A stretch of DNA of 64,000 nucleotides from a virus, in IMG/VR virus record IMGVR_UViG_3300031578_000001; one strand, written 5' to 3'. The number at the start of each line of letters is the position of its first letter. The stretch's first letter is position 1. Below the pieces are notes generated by a model. That model had not been told where the DNA came from. It made no database searches and saw only the letters and a program-made list of their open reading frames with translations. This document shows positions 29,178-39,542 of this stretch, piece by piece. The position numbers were made by a program, and so were the translations under genes.

Positions 29178-29205
29178 GGATTTCTCTGCTCCTATTTCGG
29201 TGTTG

Positions 29206-29625
29206 TCAATTCCTCTCCGCCTGTGTTTTCAACTCGTCGCCCACCATTGAATTCCTAAGGACGTTATCGAGTCGACGGAGTACGGACCCCATGGTGTCCG
29301 CGTCATCCTTGAGTACAATTCTCAAGAACGGCATGTCGTTCTTTAGGACTCTCCAGGTTGCGCCGGAGTCCTGGTACGGGCCTGTGCCTGGGTAGAGAGC
29401 GATGTCGTCGTAGGACTTCTTCAGCCTCAATATCATTGTGACGATGTCCGCTACGGCGTTTTGAATGAGCCCCCACTCGCCTGAGCCGTGAGTGTCTGCC
29501 TGACGTCCGTAGTTTCCGTTCTCCTTCTTCTCCCAGATGAAACTATCGAGGCCAATACGACCACCTTGGGAGAGGTGAGACGTGCACAGTATCCTGAACA
29601 AGGACTCCTCGTCCTCAAACATCAT
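29206..29625 (-). CDS. hypothetical protein
   Basis: ATG 29625 with GGAGG RBS overlapping pol stop. Confidence 0.6.
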   Translation of the reverse strand: MMFEDEESLFRILCTSHLSQGGRIGLDSFIWEKKENGNYGRQADTHGSGEWGLIQNAVADIVTMILRLKKSYDDIALYPGTGPYQDSGATWRVLKNDMPFLRIVLKDDADTMGSVLRRLDNVLRNSMVGDELKTQAERN

Positions 29626-32600
29626 ATCCACCTCCTGCGTAGAATTCGTCAATGGAGACGAACCCCGACGACTCTGCCACCTCGGCGATTTCATCGAACT
29701 GTTCGAAGCTGGGAACGAATTTCGAGGCCCATCTCCTCTGGTCGTCATCGAGCATGGCGACACAGGGTTTGATCCCGGATTCTGGATCAGGCATGTGTCC
29801 GATTTCCAGGATGTCGTCGTTATCCTTATCGCTCCAGGCGTCACAGATTTTCGCCGAAGCGAAGGTCGGAACTCTCAGATTGAACCAGGCGAGTTCCATG
29901 ATGTACTTGACCAGGATTCCGACGTCCTGCGCCTTCTTCTCGGGAACTTCCGCACCGATTTCATCGTGGACCTGGAGGACGAGTTTGGTGCCCTTAAACT
30001 TCCTGTTCTTGACAACGTACTCCCAGATGGCCCAGCAGATGATCTTCAGGACATCGGCAGCCGATCCCTGGATGATGAAGTTGAGGAGTTTACCGGCGGA
30101 GATGAAACTTTCCGTGAAATGACGCTCCCGGCCCGAGAGGGTTTTGAACATTCTCTGTCCCTCGTTCCAGCACCCATCGAGATACTCCATGCTTTCGGGG
30201 ATTCCTGAGTAGAGGGACATGAACGCGTTCCGGAATCTGTCGGCACCCTGGATGTCGTACTCGCCGTCTTCCTTGAAGAGTTTCGCGTAGACGGCGAAGC
30301 CGGCGGCCATCATGCCGTAGCAGTTATGGGATACGAGTCCGTTAGCGATGAAGCTGTGATCGTCGGCGACGGTGAAATCATGGACGGTAGTCGGTTCGAC
30401 ATAGTCTATCGTGACTCTTGTAATCTTCTCCTCGGCGTCGAATCGTTTCTTTGGTTCGTAGTTCTTACCCACGACTTTGACAGTCGGAATGCTTACGAGG
30501 AATCGAATCTTGCTATTCTGCCCGACGACCCCGACGGCCGCCGATATATCCTTGCCATAGTCGTAGACTCTTGAGTTGATTCCGACGCTGTCGAGAAGCC
30601 GTATCACGTCATTCAATAGGCCACGGCTCTTGGATGCGTAGGTGATCTGCGCCCGTCTTCTCGTGACAGAGACGGATCCATCTCCGTCCCATAGAGATCC
30701 GAGAACCTCGAGACGAGCCTTCCTATTCAGCGAGAACACGGATTCTGGTATCCGCTTTCCTATGGATTCCTTTACGCCGAACTTCCTGAGGTGTTTCTCG
30801 AACACACTTTTGGGGGCGGAGATGTGGGGAGATCCATCAAGGTCGTACCATTTGAATCCGAGGTACTTGTCCATCTTCTCTGCCACTAAGGGATTGACAT
30901 TCGGGTCCTGAGAAATCTTGTATCTGGAGTTGCTGTAACTTCCCTCGGACAGGAACCAGCCGAGTAGGGCGCAGGACTCTTTCGGGGCTTTATCTCCATT
31001 GGAATATCCCCTGCCATGGTAGACGAGGTAGTTTCCAGTTTTGAGTCGGCCCATTTCGACCCATCCCTTGCCTCCTTTCATACCGTTGGCAGAGGGGAAG
31101 TATCTTTCAAGCATGTGGTCGGGAGTGCCTGTGATGATCTTGCCGGTCGATGTCTCGACGGTAACGAGCGTCTTCGTTTTGAGTCTCTGAAGTGCTGTCA
31201 CGGATCGCCACCCGGTTCTCGTCATGACCAGGTCGCCAATCTCGATCTTCTCGATGGGTCTGTAGCCGTCGATAGTCAGGATCTGCGTTCCGGCTACGAG
31301 ACACAGACCGAAGTTGAGATTCTTCGCCAGCTTCCTTCCGATGTCGAATCCCACCATCTGGGAGACGAACGACTTCGTCGATGCGTGGACGTCTCCCGTG
31401 TAGTAGGTGATGCCGTCGTGGTGAACACACTCCTGGTAGATCTTCATGAGATTGGCGTCACCTGTTACGTGGGCGATCAGTCTCAATTCGATCTGGCTCA
31501 GGTCCGCGCTGAGGAACTTCTTTCCCCGTGGGGCCGCGAATGCTTCTCGGATCTTGGGTCCGAGTTGCTGGATTCGTTCGTCGTACTCATGGGGCTTTGA
31601 TCTCGCTGGTATGTTCTGGAGGTTAGGCCCAGATGAGGAGGCGCGGCCTGTCTTGCGTGCTCCGATTGGGTTGAACTTGGCATAGATTCTATGATTCTTG
31701 TCTTCGAGAGACTTCAGTCGCATCTTATGGACGTAGGTCCCGTAGAGTTTCTTCAGGGATTTGAAGTTCAGGATCATCTGCGGAAGCGGGTGCTTAATCC
31801 GCATCAGATTCTTCTCATTCGTTCCCCTATTCCCTGAGTAGTCTGTGAACCCGTGGATATCATAAAGGACGTTGGCAACCTGCTGGGGCGAGTTAGGGTT
31901 GAATTCCATCTTTGCAAGGTTGAAGACCTCGGCCTCGAACTCGTTAATGAGAGGGACGAAGATGTCCTCCAGTTTCTGGAGTCGATCCGGATTCACATGG
32001 ATGCCGGACACTTCCATTGCCGCCGCGGCGAACGTGGTCTTGATCTCCATGCCGGCCCATCGATCGAGTCCTCGGTTTGTGAGATATCTGCGGAGGAAGT
32101 AGAAGAGCCTGAGCGTTTGCCGCGCATCGTCCTCGGCGTACTCGCGCTTCTGGGCATCTGCTTCGGCCTCGAGGTGAACCATGTCCGCTTTGAGGTCTCC
32201 GATCTTCCGGTTCATAGCCTCGATGGTTTCGTTCTTGATCTGGCTTCCGAACTTCCTTTCGATGTAAGCGTCGACCTTCGCCTGGTAGATAGATCTCTCC
32301 TCTCGGTCCTCCTTTTTCCTGCGGCCCTTGAACCTCTCCTTCAATTCGTTTCCGAGCCGCTTTATTTCGCTCTTCGCTTCCTTGTTGATCTCGGTGATGA
32401 TCTGGGACTTTCTCTCCTCGAGGTCAACTATAACCTTCTCGCTTTGACGAATCATCATCATGGCTGGAGAGTAGATGTACGCCTCCTCGTACGTGACCAT
32501 CTTGTAGCCGAAGATCCGATCGACCATCTCTTTCAACCCGTGAGGGATCATCCCCTTGTAGAGCCACGATAGGGGGAGCGTATCGATAACCTTTGCCTGG

Positions 32601-32887
32601 ACGTCGTTCAAGTTGAAGATCCCATTGAAGTGGAGGACCTCGAGGTCGAATCGGATGATGTTGTGTCCGATGACGCGAAGACTCGGGCGCCTCAGTTGTT
32701 CTTTGACGAACGATATGACCTCCGAGGTCGGAGGGACGGCCACAGCTACCGTGGCCGTCCCTTTACCCGAAGCCATTGCGACGAGTTCGACCTTGGCTTC
32801 CCTCGATATTTTGGAGGTCGTCTCAAGGTCGAGAGATAGGATGCCGTACTCGTCGATCTTATCCCTGAGGAGCCTGAACTTGGACAT
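29615..32887 (-). CDS. polA: family A DNA polymerase with 3'-5' exonuclease, intein-containing
   Basis: Exo I DLETT, Exo II GHNIIRFD, Exo III YAEDDA; RASSSGPNLQNIP, motif A ADLSQIELR, motif B K..NFG..YG, motif C VHDE. Confidence 0.95.
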   Translation of the reverse strand: MSKFRLLRDKIDEYGILSLDLETTSKISREAKVELVAMASGKGTATVAVAVPPTSEVISFVKEQLRRPSLRVIGHNIIRFDLEVLHFNGIFNLNDVQAKVIDTLPLSWLYKGMIPHGLKEMVDRIFGYKMVTYEEAYIYSPAMMMIRQSEKVIVDLEERKSQIITEINKEAKSEIKRLGNELKERFKGRRKKEDREERSIYQAKVDAYIERKFGSQIKNETIEAMNRKIGDLKADMVHLEAEADAQKREYAEDDARQTLRLFYFLRRYLTNRGLDRWAGMEIKTTFAAAAMEVSGIHVNPDRLQKLEDIFVPLINEFEAEVFNLAKMEFNPNSPQQVANVLYDIHGFTDYSGNRGTNEKNLMRIKHPLPQMILNFKSLKKLYGTYVHKMRLKSLEDKNHRIYAKFNPIGARKTGRASSSGPNLQNIPARSKPHEYDERIQQLGPKIREAFAAPRGKKFLSADLSQIELRLIAHVTGDANLMKIYQECVHHDGITYYTGDVHASTKSFVSQMVGFDIGRKLAKNLNFGLCLVAGTQILTIDGYRPIEKIEIGDLVMTRTGWRSVTALQRLKTKTLVTVETSTGKIITGTPDHMLERYFPSANGMKGGKGWVEMGRLKTGNYLVYHGRGYSNGDKAPKESCALLGWFLSEGSYSNSRYKISQDPNVNPLVAEKMDKYLGFKWYDLDGSPHISAPKSVFEKHLRKFGVKESIGKRIPESVFSLNRKARLEVLGSLWDGDGSVSVTRRRAQITYASKSRGLLNDVIRLLDSVGINSRVYDYGKDISAAVGVVGQNSKIRFLVSIPTVKVVGKNYEPKKRFDAEEKITRVTIDYVEPTTVHDFTVADDHSFIANGLVSHNCYGMMAAGFAVYAKLFKEDGEYDIQGADRFRNAFMSLYSGIPESMEYLDGCWNEGQRMFKTLSGRERHFTESFISAGKLLNFIIQGSAADVLKIICWAIWEYVVKNRKFKGTKLVLQVHDEIGAEVPEKKAQDVGILVKYIMELAWFNLRVPTFASAKICDAWSDKDNDDILEIGHMPDPESGIKPCVAMLDDDQRRWASKFVPSFEQFDEIAEVAESSGFVSIDEFYAGGGYDV
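30323..31303 (-). mobile_element. intein (327 aa) with LAGLIDADG homing endonuclease in Pol A motif B
   Basis: Starts CLVAGTQI, ends ...FIANGLVSHN, +1 extein Cys; LLGWFLSEGS and VLGSLWDGDGS LAGLIDADG motifs; removal restores KNLNFGLCYG. Confidence 0.93.
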
Positions 32888-34527
32888 CAGAGGTTACCCT
32901 TCTGGAAAGGGTCGAAAGCCTTGTTTCCATCCTCGATGTCATCGAGGTCATCGATCCCCGGGCGCTGGACCATCCCCTGAGGAACGGTACCTTGGCCCTG
33001 GCCTTGGCTGAACGGGGCTCTGGGATCCGCGAAGGCACCCTGGGCCTGCGGAGGATTTCCGATCTGCTGACCCTGCTGACCCTGGGGCATGAACATCTGG
33101 CCCTGGGTTTGGGGTTGGCCCTGAGGTGCCGGCTGGCCGAACATCTGACCTTGTGGCTGCGTCTGAGGGACCTGCTGGCCCTGGGACACCGGCTGACCGA
33201 ACATCTGGCCCTGAGGGGCAGTTCCAGGCTGCTGGAAGCCTCCCTGTGGCTGCTGGCCTCCCTGAGGGAGAGGCTGCGCCTGAGGCTGCGCCTGAGGCTG
33301 GGCTTGGAAGGGTGCCTGGATATTCTGGCCTGCCATAGTGGCAGGATGGCCCTGGCCGAAGATAGGGAAGTCCTGGGCGGGCGAGGTGTTGGGCATCGGG
33401 CCTCCAGAAGCTCCGTGAACGCCCTGGAATGCCTGTCCCTGAGGATTCTGGGGCTGCCCCTGACCTGGGAGGGGTACTTGGGCTACGAACGCGATTTGAG
33501 CGCCTCCCTGCACCGAGGGGAGCGTCTGGGCGTTGCCCTGCATGAAGGCTGGAGTTCCCTGCTGCCCCTGAGGCTGCTGGGCGGGAAATTCGCTCCCCTG
33601 GGGTACGAACTGGGATCCCGGGGCCGGAGCTACGACGGCTCCCTGCCCGAAGATCTGGAGGGCGCCGTCACGACTGTAGGTTTGCCTGTTCCCCATGTCG
33701 TGCGAGTCGCAGATCTGGATGTGTTTCATCAGCACGTCCTTCAGGCTCGCGTCGTCGAAGACAGGCCACCCGGCGTTAATGTCGGGGAGGTGGGGCATGA
33801 ACTGCTGGCAGTCGTTCGGATTGGCGAACTGCTCGAAGACCCAGGTGTCGCCGATCCGGGGGGCACGGGGCGCGTCAGAGCGGCTCACCCGGAAGATGGA
33901 GTACCGCGGGTACGGGGGACGGCCGAATTGTGGTGCCATCATGTCCACGGACCTGGTGATGGTCTCACGGACGCCGTCATCGGTGAGCTCGAGGTAGCGC
34001 ATCGTGAAGGGATGCGTCTGATTCGTCTTCCTGTCGTGGTAGGGTCTGAGATCGATAACGATGAAGATGAGCGCGAGTCTGGGGTCACGTCCGAGGACCT
34101 TGCAACTGGCGCACGGACGTCCGTTGGGATCCTGGATCCATCTTCCGTGCTGGTCGAGGGTGTAGTAGGTGCAGCGCACCAGCTCCGAGATGGCAAAGGC
34201 TTTGATCCCGCTCTTCCACGTCCTGTAAACGTCATGCGCCAGGATGGGGGAACCGTCGTTGAGGAGAAGCGCTCTCGTCGACTGGGTCTTGTCGAGCCAG
34301 AAGTCGTAGAGATGCTTCCTGGCGTCCCAAATCGCTTTCCAGACCTTGCTGGTGGTGGTGACGTTCCTCTGCTTGGATTCCTGACCCGCTCGAGTGAGGA
34401 ACTGAGTCATCGGACTCGCTTCGATCTGTGGTTGGGCGAAGATCCCTCCGGCCGGCTGCCCTTGCTGGTTTTGCGGTGCGGAGCCGAATCCCTGGCCCTG
34501 CGGTGGTCCCTGCTGGTAGTTGCTCAT
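32887..34527 (-). CDS. single-stranded DNA-binding protein (gp32-like, Zn) with long Q/P/G-rich tail
   Basis: DFWL...LLNDG...C...CASC...IVIDLR...FRVSR...IGDTWVF core; acidic C-tip DDLDDIEDGNKAFDPF; between primase and polymerase. Confidence 0.65.
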   Translation of the reverse strand: MSNYQQGPPQGQGFGSAPQNQQGQPAGGIFAQPQIEASPMTQFLTRAGQESKQRNVTTTSKVWKAIWDARKHLYDFWLDKTQSTRALLLNDGSPILAHDVYRTWKSGIKAFAISELVRCTYYTLDQHGRWIQDPNGRPCASCKVLGRDPRLALIFIVIDLRPYHDRKTNQTHPFTMRYLELTDDGVRETITRSVDMMAPQFGRPPYPRYSIFRVSRSDAPRAPRIGDTWVFEQFANPNDCQQFMPHLPDINAGWPVFDDASLKDVLMKHIQICDSHDMGNRQTYSRDGALQIFGQGAVVAPAPGSQFVPQGSEFPAQQPQGQQGTPAFMQGNAQTLPSVQGGAQIAFVAQVPLPGQGQPQNPQGQAFQGVHGASGGPMPNTSPAQDFPIFGQGHPATMAGQNIQAPFQAQPQAQPQAQPLPQGGQQPQGGFQQPGTAPQGQMFGQPVSQGQQVPQTQPQGQMFGQPAPQGQPQTQGQMFMPQGQQGQQIGNPPQAQGAFADPRAPFSQGQGQGTVPQGMVQRPGIDDLDDIEDGNKAFDPFQKGNL

Positions 34528-35534
34528 CAGATAACTCCTCCTGTCAACGATGTGAGGTCTTCCCTCGTGAGACACTTCGGATCTTTGGTCGGAACGATCG
34601 GAGCCACCATGAGTCCGGCCTTGCGGATTTTCATCACGATTCTCTCGACTCGTTTTTGACCTTCGGGATCAGGATCGAGCATCACGAACACGATCCTGGG
34701 TTGGTTACAGACGATCTTGGCCACGCGTGGTTGGTTGAGATAGAGACCGAAGAGACCTACTGAGTGAACTCCGATGGAGGCGAAGTGGGCGACATCCAGC
34801 GGTCCCTCGAGAACGAATAGGGGTTTACCCGATGCGTGGTGGAGCAGATGTTCGGCGTAGAGGAAATGACCTGCCTTGAATTTGAAGAACGTGAAGTATT
34901 TGCTTCGTGTGGTCTTCCTTTTGATCGGACGAGCCTGCGCCCCGATGCAGATAAGCTTCCCGGATACCCTCGACATCACAGGAATCAGGATGCTATCTTT
35001 GACCTCGATCTCGGTCTTGTCGTATTTCTTGATCGTGGCCTTTTCGATCCACGCGAAGTTCATGAATCGTGCCGTCTGCTCCGGGATGCCTTTCGACGAC
35101 AGAAATTCCAGAGCATGGGGAGGAAGTCCTACGGCGAGGTACTTACGAAGTTCAGATGAGTAGTTGATGATGGATAAGGGTTTGTCTTTTTTCTCCTTGG
35201 CTTCAATAGTCCCGAGTTTCTTGAGAGCCGTGTCCACCTCTCGAACCCATTCGGCCAGGTTTCTGAATCCTCCTCTATGGAGCACATTCAGATCCATCAC
35301 CGCGTTGTAGAGACTGACGCGATACTGGCACATGTGGCAGCGGACAGTAGACGGTCCGGTATCGTCTACCGATACAGTCATGGAGGGGGTGCCGTCCATC
35401 CCTCCTTCGTGCCGGTAAGGTGCCATGAGGCACGAAAGGGACAGATGGCTGTCACCGGATTCACCGATACTTGATGTTATGATTCCGGCGTTCTGAAGAA
35501 CACTTAGGACTTTCATTAAATTCGTCCTGTCCAT
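34527..35534 (-). CDS. DNA primase (Zn finger + TOPRIM)
   Basis: C..PYRH...CHMC; VLEGPLD and MLDPDPEG TOPRIM motifs. Confidence 0.85.
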   Translation of the reverse strand: MDRTNLMKVLSVLQNAGIITSSIGESGDSHLSLSCLMAPYRHEGGMDGTPSMTVSVDDTGPSTVRCHMCQYRVSLYNAVMDLNVLHRGGFRNLAEWVREVDTALKKLGTIEAKEKKDKPLSIINYSSELRKYLAVGLPPHALEFLSSKGIPEQTARFMNFAWIEKATIKKYDKTEIEVKDSILIPVMSRVSGKLICIGAQARPIKRKTTRSKYFTFFKFKAGHFLYAEHLLHHASGKPLFVLEGPLDVAHFASIGVHSVGLFGLYLNQPRVAKIVCNQPRIVFVMLDPDPEGQKRVERIVMKIRKAGLMVAPIVPTKDPKCLTREDLTSLTGGVI

Positions 35535-38225
35535 CTATCCCCCACACTGTCCTTCCGAGTTGGAGCAGTAGGAACACTGCTTGCACAGCGAATTGATACG
35601 GTGCATCAGGTTCCCGCAATTACCGCACACGTCACCGAGGATCTCGTCGCTTTTCTTCGAGATGTGGATCTCGGTGGTGTCACGGCTCTTCGGAATCTCG
35701 GTTTCGGTCTCGTCCTTCGGTATGCCGTTCATTCCGAGGACTTCCTGGCATTCCAGGTCGAATTGGGCCAAGAGTCTGAAGACGTAGTCAGGAACGGATC
35801 TCGCGAACCGGATCTCCGGATCGTCGGTGAACCCTCTCGGATCGAAACTCTGGTCCGCGAATTTCTCCGCGAAAACAGAGAGGGGGATTTGATGCTGGAG
35901 GCCGATCGAGATGGCCAAGGCGAAGGCATCGACCCACCCGGTTAGGGCTGATCCAGCCTTGCCGATTCTGAGAAATACTTCTCCGACCTTCTTGGTGTCC
36001 GGGTAGAACCCTACGGTTGTGTAGAGTTTGATCTGGTTGATCTTGGTCGTAATATCTTCCGCAGGCCGCCGTCTTGGCAGTCTCTTTTTCTGGGACTTCA
36101 TCACCGTGGATTGAGGGGTCGAAGTGCTCGCGCCGGATATCGGTTGCGTGACCTTGGATCCATCCCTATAGATCGTCACGGACTTGAGACCGAGTTTCCA
36201 GGCCTTGTAATAGATCTCGAGGAACTCTTCCGACTTAGCGGAACTCGGTCTTCCGATCGTCTTGGAGATCCCTCCGGAGATGAAGGGTTGGCAGGCGGCC
36301 AGCATGAGTAGATGACCGTCGGGCGAGATTGTTCTCCCCGACTTGCCATTCTGATACGAGGTGTCGAAGATAGGGAGGTGGTCCTTCTTGAGCGAGGGGC
36401 ATCCGTCAATCGTGTGGTGCTCTTTGATGTACGAATGGATCGCCTCCTTATCACGGTCCGAATATCCGAGAGTGTTGAGCGCCTTCGGTACGGAGGTGAG
36501 AGGCATGGCCATGATCCCACCGTCGGTGAGTTTCTTGTTCATGGTGAGCCAGTTGCCTGCCTCGATTCCGGTGGTCGACGCATCCATGAGGAGCGCCGTG
36601 GTTCCGGTAGGAGCCAGCAATGTAACCTGAGCGTTCCGAACCCCATACTTAGGTGTATCCCTGATGACCTCGTCCCAGACCTCCTTGGCCTTGCGGAGGA
36701 TATTCGAGATCTCCTGGTTCTTCGACATGATGAGTTCCTCGAGCTTGGATTCGTGCTGCTTGAGGACTTTCATCATAGGTCTCTTGTTCTTCTCGAAGTG
36801 CTTGAATGGACCCATGATCTTCGAGATCCCGATGGATGTCTTGTACGCCATTCCGGTCATGAGGGCAGAGATCGATGATCCCCACATTCTCGCCTCGTTA
36901 GAGTCGTAGGGGAGACCGAGGGACATGACCATGCCGCCAAGATCAGTGAAGCCGAGGCCCAAGGGCCTGAACTCGATGGAGTTAGTTCTGATCTCTTCCG
37001 TGGGGTAGCCACTAATCTGGCAGATGATGTCCTGGGCGATGATGAGCATAGCGACCGCGTGGCAGAATTCTTTCTCGAAGAAAAGACCCTCCGGGAGCGA
37101 GAGGAACGAAGACAAGTTGATGGACGCGAGGTTGCACGCAGAGTTGTTTAGGAAGAGGAACTCACCGCACGGATTTGACGAGTTGATCTCTCCGCTCTTC
37201 GTGCAGGTGTTCCAGTCGTTGATTGTCGTGTGGAATTGGACTCCAGGGTCGCCGCAGAAGTGACAGTTCTGTGCGATGGACTCCATCATCCTCTTCGCGC
37301 TCACGACCCGCGTGATCTTGTCACTGACGACGGATCGCAGGGGCCATTCCCGATCCTCAATCGCGGCCCGCATGAACTCATCCGTGAGGCCGACGCTGAG
37401 ATTCGCGTTCTGGCCCGATACCGTGGCATACGCCTCTTCCGGCGTATACCCGGCGAGAACCAGCACTCTCGCTTTCCTTTCTTCATGGCTCTTGAACGAG
37501 ATAAAATCGCTTCCCACCTCGAGGCCGTCGTAGACGTCGGGATGATTGCAGTCGAGCCTGTTGAACTTGGAGGCCCTTCTAAGGATTCCTCCGGACCGGA
37601 TCGTGCCACCCCAGGCGTTGTACCCGCGGAAGAACGACATAGGTCCGGAGGCCCAACCTCCTCTGGATAACGGTTCTCCTGTTCCTCGAAGAGTCGAGAG
37701 GTTGACGCCAGATCCAGATCCTTTGGAGAAGATCTCGATCTCATTCGTCTGGACCCTGGCGATGTCCTTTAGATCGTCCTTGATATCCAGAATGAAACAC
37801 GCAGATCCCTGCGGATTAGGTTCCACTCCCATGTTGAAGAAGACAGGACTGTTGAAGGATGCCCTCTGGTCCATGATCATCTTCTTCAACTCGTAGTTAA
37901 ATTTCCTCGAGTTGATCTTGTCTAAGTATCCCAGGGTGATGCCAGCTTCCGAGATTGGATCGATGATCCGGTCGAGGACATGTTTCAGGGAAGACTCTCT
38001 GGATCCGGTTCCCTCGTGCCCCCTGAAGTATTTAGAGGCGAGGATGAACGCGGCTCGATCGCTCCATGAGACCGGGACTTCCACGTTTTCCTGGAGGAAG
38101 ACTCCTTCCATACGGATAGTCCGCTTGGACCACTTGATCGTGTCGTACGGATGCTTGGACTTTCCGGCCTCGTCTTCTAAACAGAACATCGGCGAGATGT
38201 CCAACCTGTTTTTACTACCCCTCAT
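35535..38225 (-). CDS. nrdJ: class II (B12-dependent) ribonucleotide reductase with C-terminal TSCPD-like domain and Zn ribbon
   Basis: FNSPVFFN...QGSACF, SSNPCGEF, ACNLASINL, LGLGFTDLG, APTGT, ISKTI, YRDGSK; no R2 gene nearby. Confidence 0.9.
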   Translation of the reverse strand: MRGSKNRLDISPMFCLEDEAGKSKHPYDTIKWSKRTIRMEGVFLQENVEVPVSWSDRAAFILASKYFRGHEGTGSRESSLKHVLDRIIDPISEAGITLGYLDKINSRKFNYELKKMIMDQRASFNSPVFFNMGVEPNPQGSACFILDIKDDLKDIARVQTNEIEIFSKGSGSGVNLSTLRGTGEPLSRGGWASGPMSFFRGYNAWGGTIRSGGILRRASKFNRLDCNHPDVYDGLEVGSDFISFKSHEERKARVLVLAGYTPEEAYATVSGQNANLSVGLTDEFMRAAIEDREWPLRSVVSDKITRVVSAKRMMESIAQNCHFCGDPGVQFHTTINDWNTCTKSGEINSSNPCGEFLFLNNSACNLASINLSSFLSLPEGLFFEKEFCHAVAMLIIAQDIICQISGYPTEEIRTNSIEFRPLGLGFTDLGGMVMSLGLPYDSNEARMWGSSISALMTGMAYKTSIGISKIMGPFKHFEKNKRPMMKVLKQHESKLEELIMSKNQEISNILRKAKEVWDEVIRDTPKYGVRNAQVTLLAPTGTTALLMDASTTGIEAGNWLTMNKKLTDGGIMAMPLTSVPKALNTLGYSDRDKEAIHSYIKEHHTIDGCPSLKKDHLPIFDTSYQNGKSGRTISPDGHLLMLAACQPFISGGISKTIGRPSSAKSEEFLEIYYKAWKLGLKSVTIYRDGSKVTQPISGASTSTPQSTVMKSQKKRLPRRRPAEDITTKINQIKLYTTVGFYPDTKKVGEVFLRIGKAGSALTGWVDAFALAISIGLQHQIPLSVFAEKFADQSFDPRGFTDDPEIRFARSVPDYVFRLLAQFDLECQEVLGMNGIPKDETETEIPKSRDTTEIHISKKSDEILGDVCGNCGNLMHRINSLCKQCSYCSNSEGQCGG

Positions 38226-38234
38226 CGGTCCTCC

Positions 38235-39542
38235 TCATCGATCTAAATATCCCCTCTTCTTCGACCTCTTCTCAGTATTCGTCGATTCGACGTGAACCGC
38301 GATCGGAGCCCACTGCATGTCGAAGAAGTTCCAGTGGTGAAGCCAAGGCAGCTGGGGTGCTGCGTCACGACCCTTCCCGATCCGGATGATGATCTGCTTG
38401 TTAATCTTTTCCCGCTTGCGCTGGATCAGGAAGATCGTGTTGTTCGAGATGTGGTTGAACTTATCCGTACCACCTACGGCAAGGTCATCGGAAGACCACG
38501 TTCCTATGGCGGATTTGTTGAACTGGGCGGTCAAGAACCAGTGGCGCTTCGAGGCCATGGAGACGCGCCGAACCTCGATGAGGTTCTCGTTGATCTTCTC
38601 CCAGCCCTTCTTGTCTTCTGAGCCCTCGGGGAAGTCATAGAAGGCATCGGCCATGACAGCGTGCGCCCCGAACAGATCCGCCTGCGCCTCGACGGAGTAG
38701 ACATCTGTTATCGCCTCTGGGTTCATGATCCTGAGATTGTTCCAGTAGCCGATCCTATTGGCCGCGTCCGCGAGCGTCTTCTCGAAGATGGGTTCTTGCT
38801 CCGGGAGCAGGGTTCCCTTGATCACGCGATCGAAGTTCACCGTGGACGCCATAGCGGCGAGCCTTCGCATGATCTCAGTGTCGAGCATCTCCATGGAGGC
38901 GATGACTACCTTGAATCCACAGGCCGCGGCGTAGAGACACTGGATCAGGCAGAGCCACGTCTTTCCCACGCTGGACCTGGCCACGACAGTCGTGATGTTC
39001 CCGAAGCGCCACTTGACGAAGGCGTCTATCAGAACTCGGAAATGAGGATGGATCGGGATGCCCGGCATGTTTCCGGCTTTAGTCATGAGATACTCGTTCC
39101 AGACAGGCTGGGCGAGTTCTGCCGGCGACGAGGACTTTCCAGTCGCGCCTGAATACCGAAGTTCGACCTTGCGGATCTGCTCGGCCGTCATCTTGAGCAT
39201 CTTCCTGGGATCGTGGACATGTTTGTTATATTCTATGGCCGAGAACTGGATGGCGTTGGCAAGATCGGCCTCGAGGTAGCCATCGACCAACTGCTCCCAG
39301 TAGACCGACGCTTTCGAGGGACACTGGCTCGCTGCCGCAACCGTGATTCCGCCGATGTCCTCGCACATGGACTGAAGCCGCTTGACGCCCGGGAGCTGGT
39401 TATGCTTCTGGTAGAACTTGATGAGGCGGTGGAAGGCCTCGTCGTAGGGCGGCTTCAGGATGCTTGGATCGAATCCGTTCTGGTACAACTCCCAGAGTTC
39501 TCCATCGATCGCCTTCCTGAGGAGTTTCGATTCGATTAACAT
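38235..39542 (-). CDS. dnaB: DnaB-like replicative helicase
   Basis: VVARSSVGKTW Walker A, SMEM, MADAFY, LTAQFN, GKGRD. Confidence 0.85.
   Translation of the reverse strand: MLIESKLLRKAIDGELWELYQNGFDPSILKPPYDEAFHRLIKFYQKHNQLPGVKRLQSMCEDIGGITVAAASQCPSKASVYWEQLVDGYLEADLANAIQFSAIEYNKHVHDPRKMLKMTAEQIRKVELRYSGATGKSSSPAELAQPVWNEYLMTKAGNMPGIPIHPHFRVLIDAFVKWRFGNITTVVARSSVGKTWLCLIQCLYAAACGFKVVIASMEMLDTEIMRRLAAMASTVNFDRVIKGTLLPEQEPIFEKTLADAANRIGYWNNLRIMNPEAITDVYSVEAQADLFGAHAVMADAFYDFPEGSEDKKGWEKINENLIEVRRVSMASKRHWFLTAQFNKSAIGTWSSDDLAVGGTDKFNHISNNTIFLIQRKREKINKQIIIRIGKGRDAAPQLPWLHHWNFFDMQWAPIAVHVESTNTEKRSKKRGYLDR

Noticed and set aside
33269-33303. 12-bp tandem DNA repeats as a VNTR or CRISPR-like array
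   Set aside because: They encode QAQP repeats within the SSB tail; no spacers.
32992-34659. 555-aa plus-strand Leu/Arg-rich ORF
   Set aside because: Antisense shadow of the low-complexity SSB tail.
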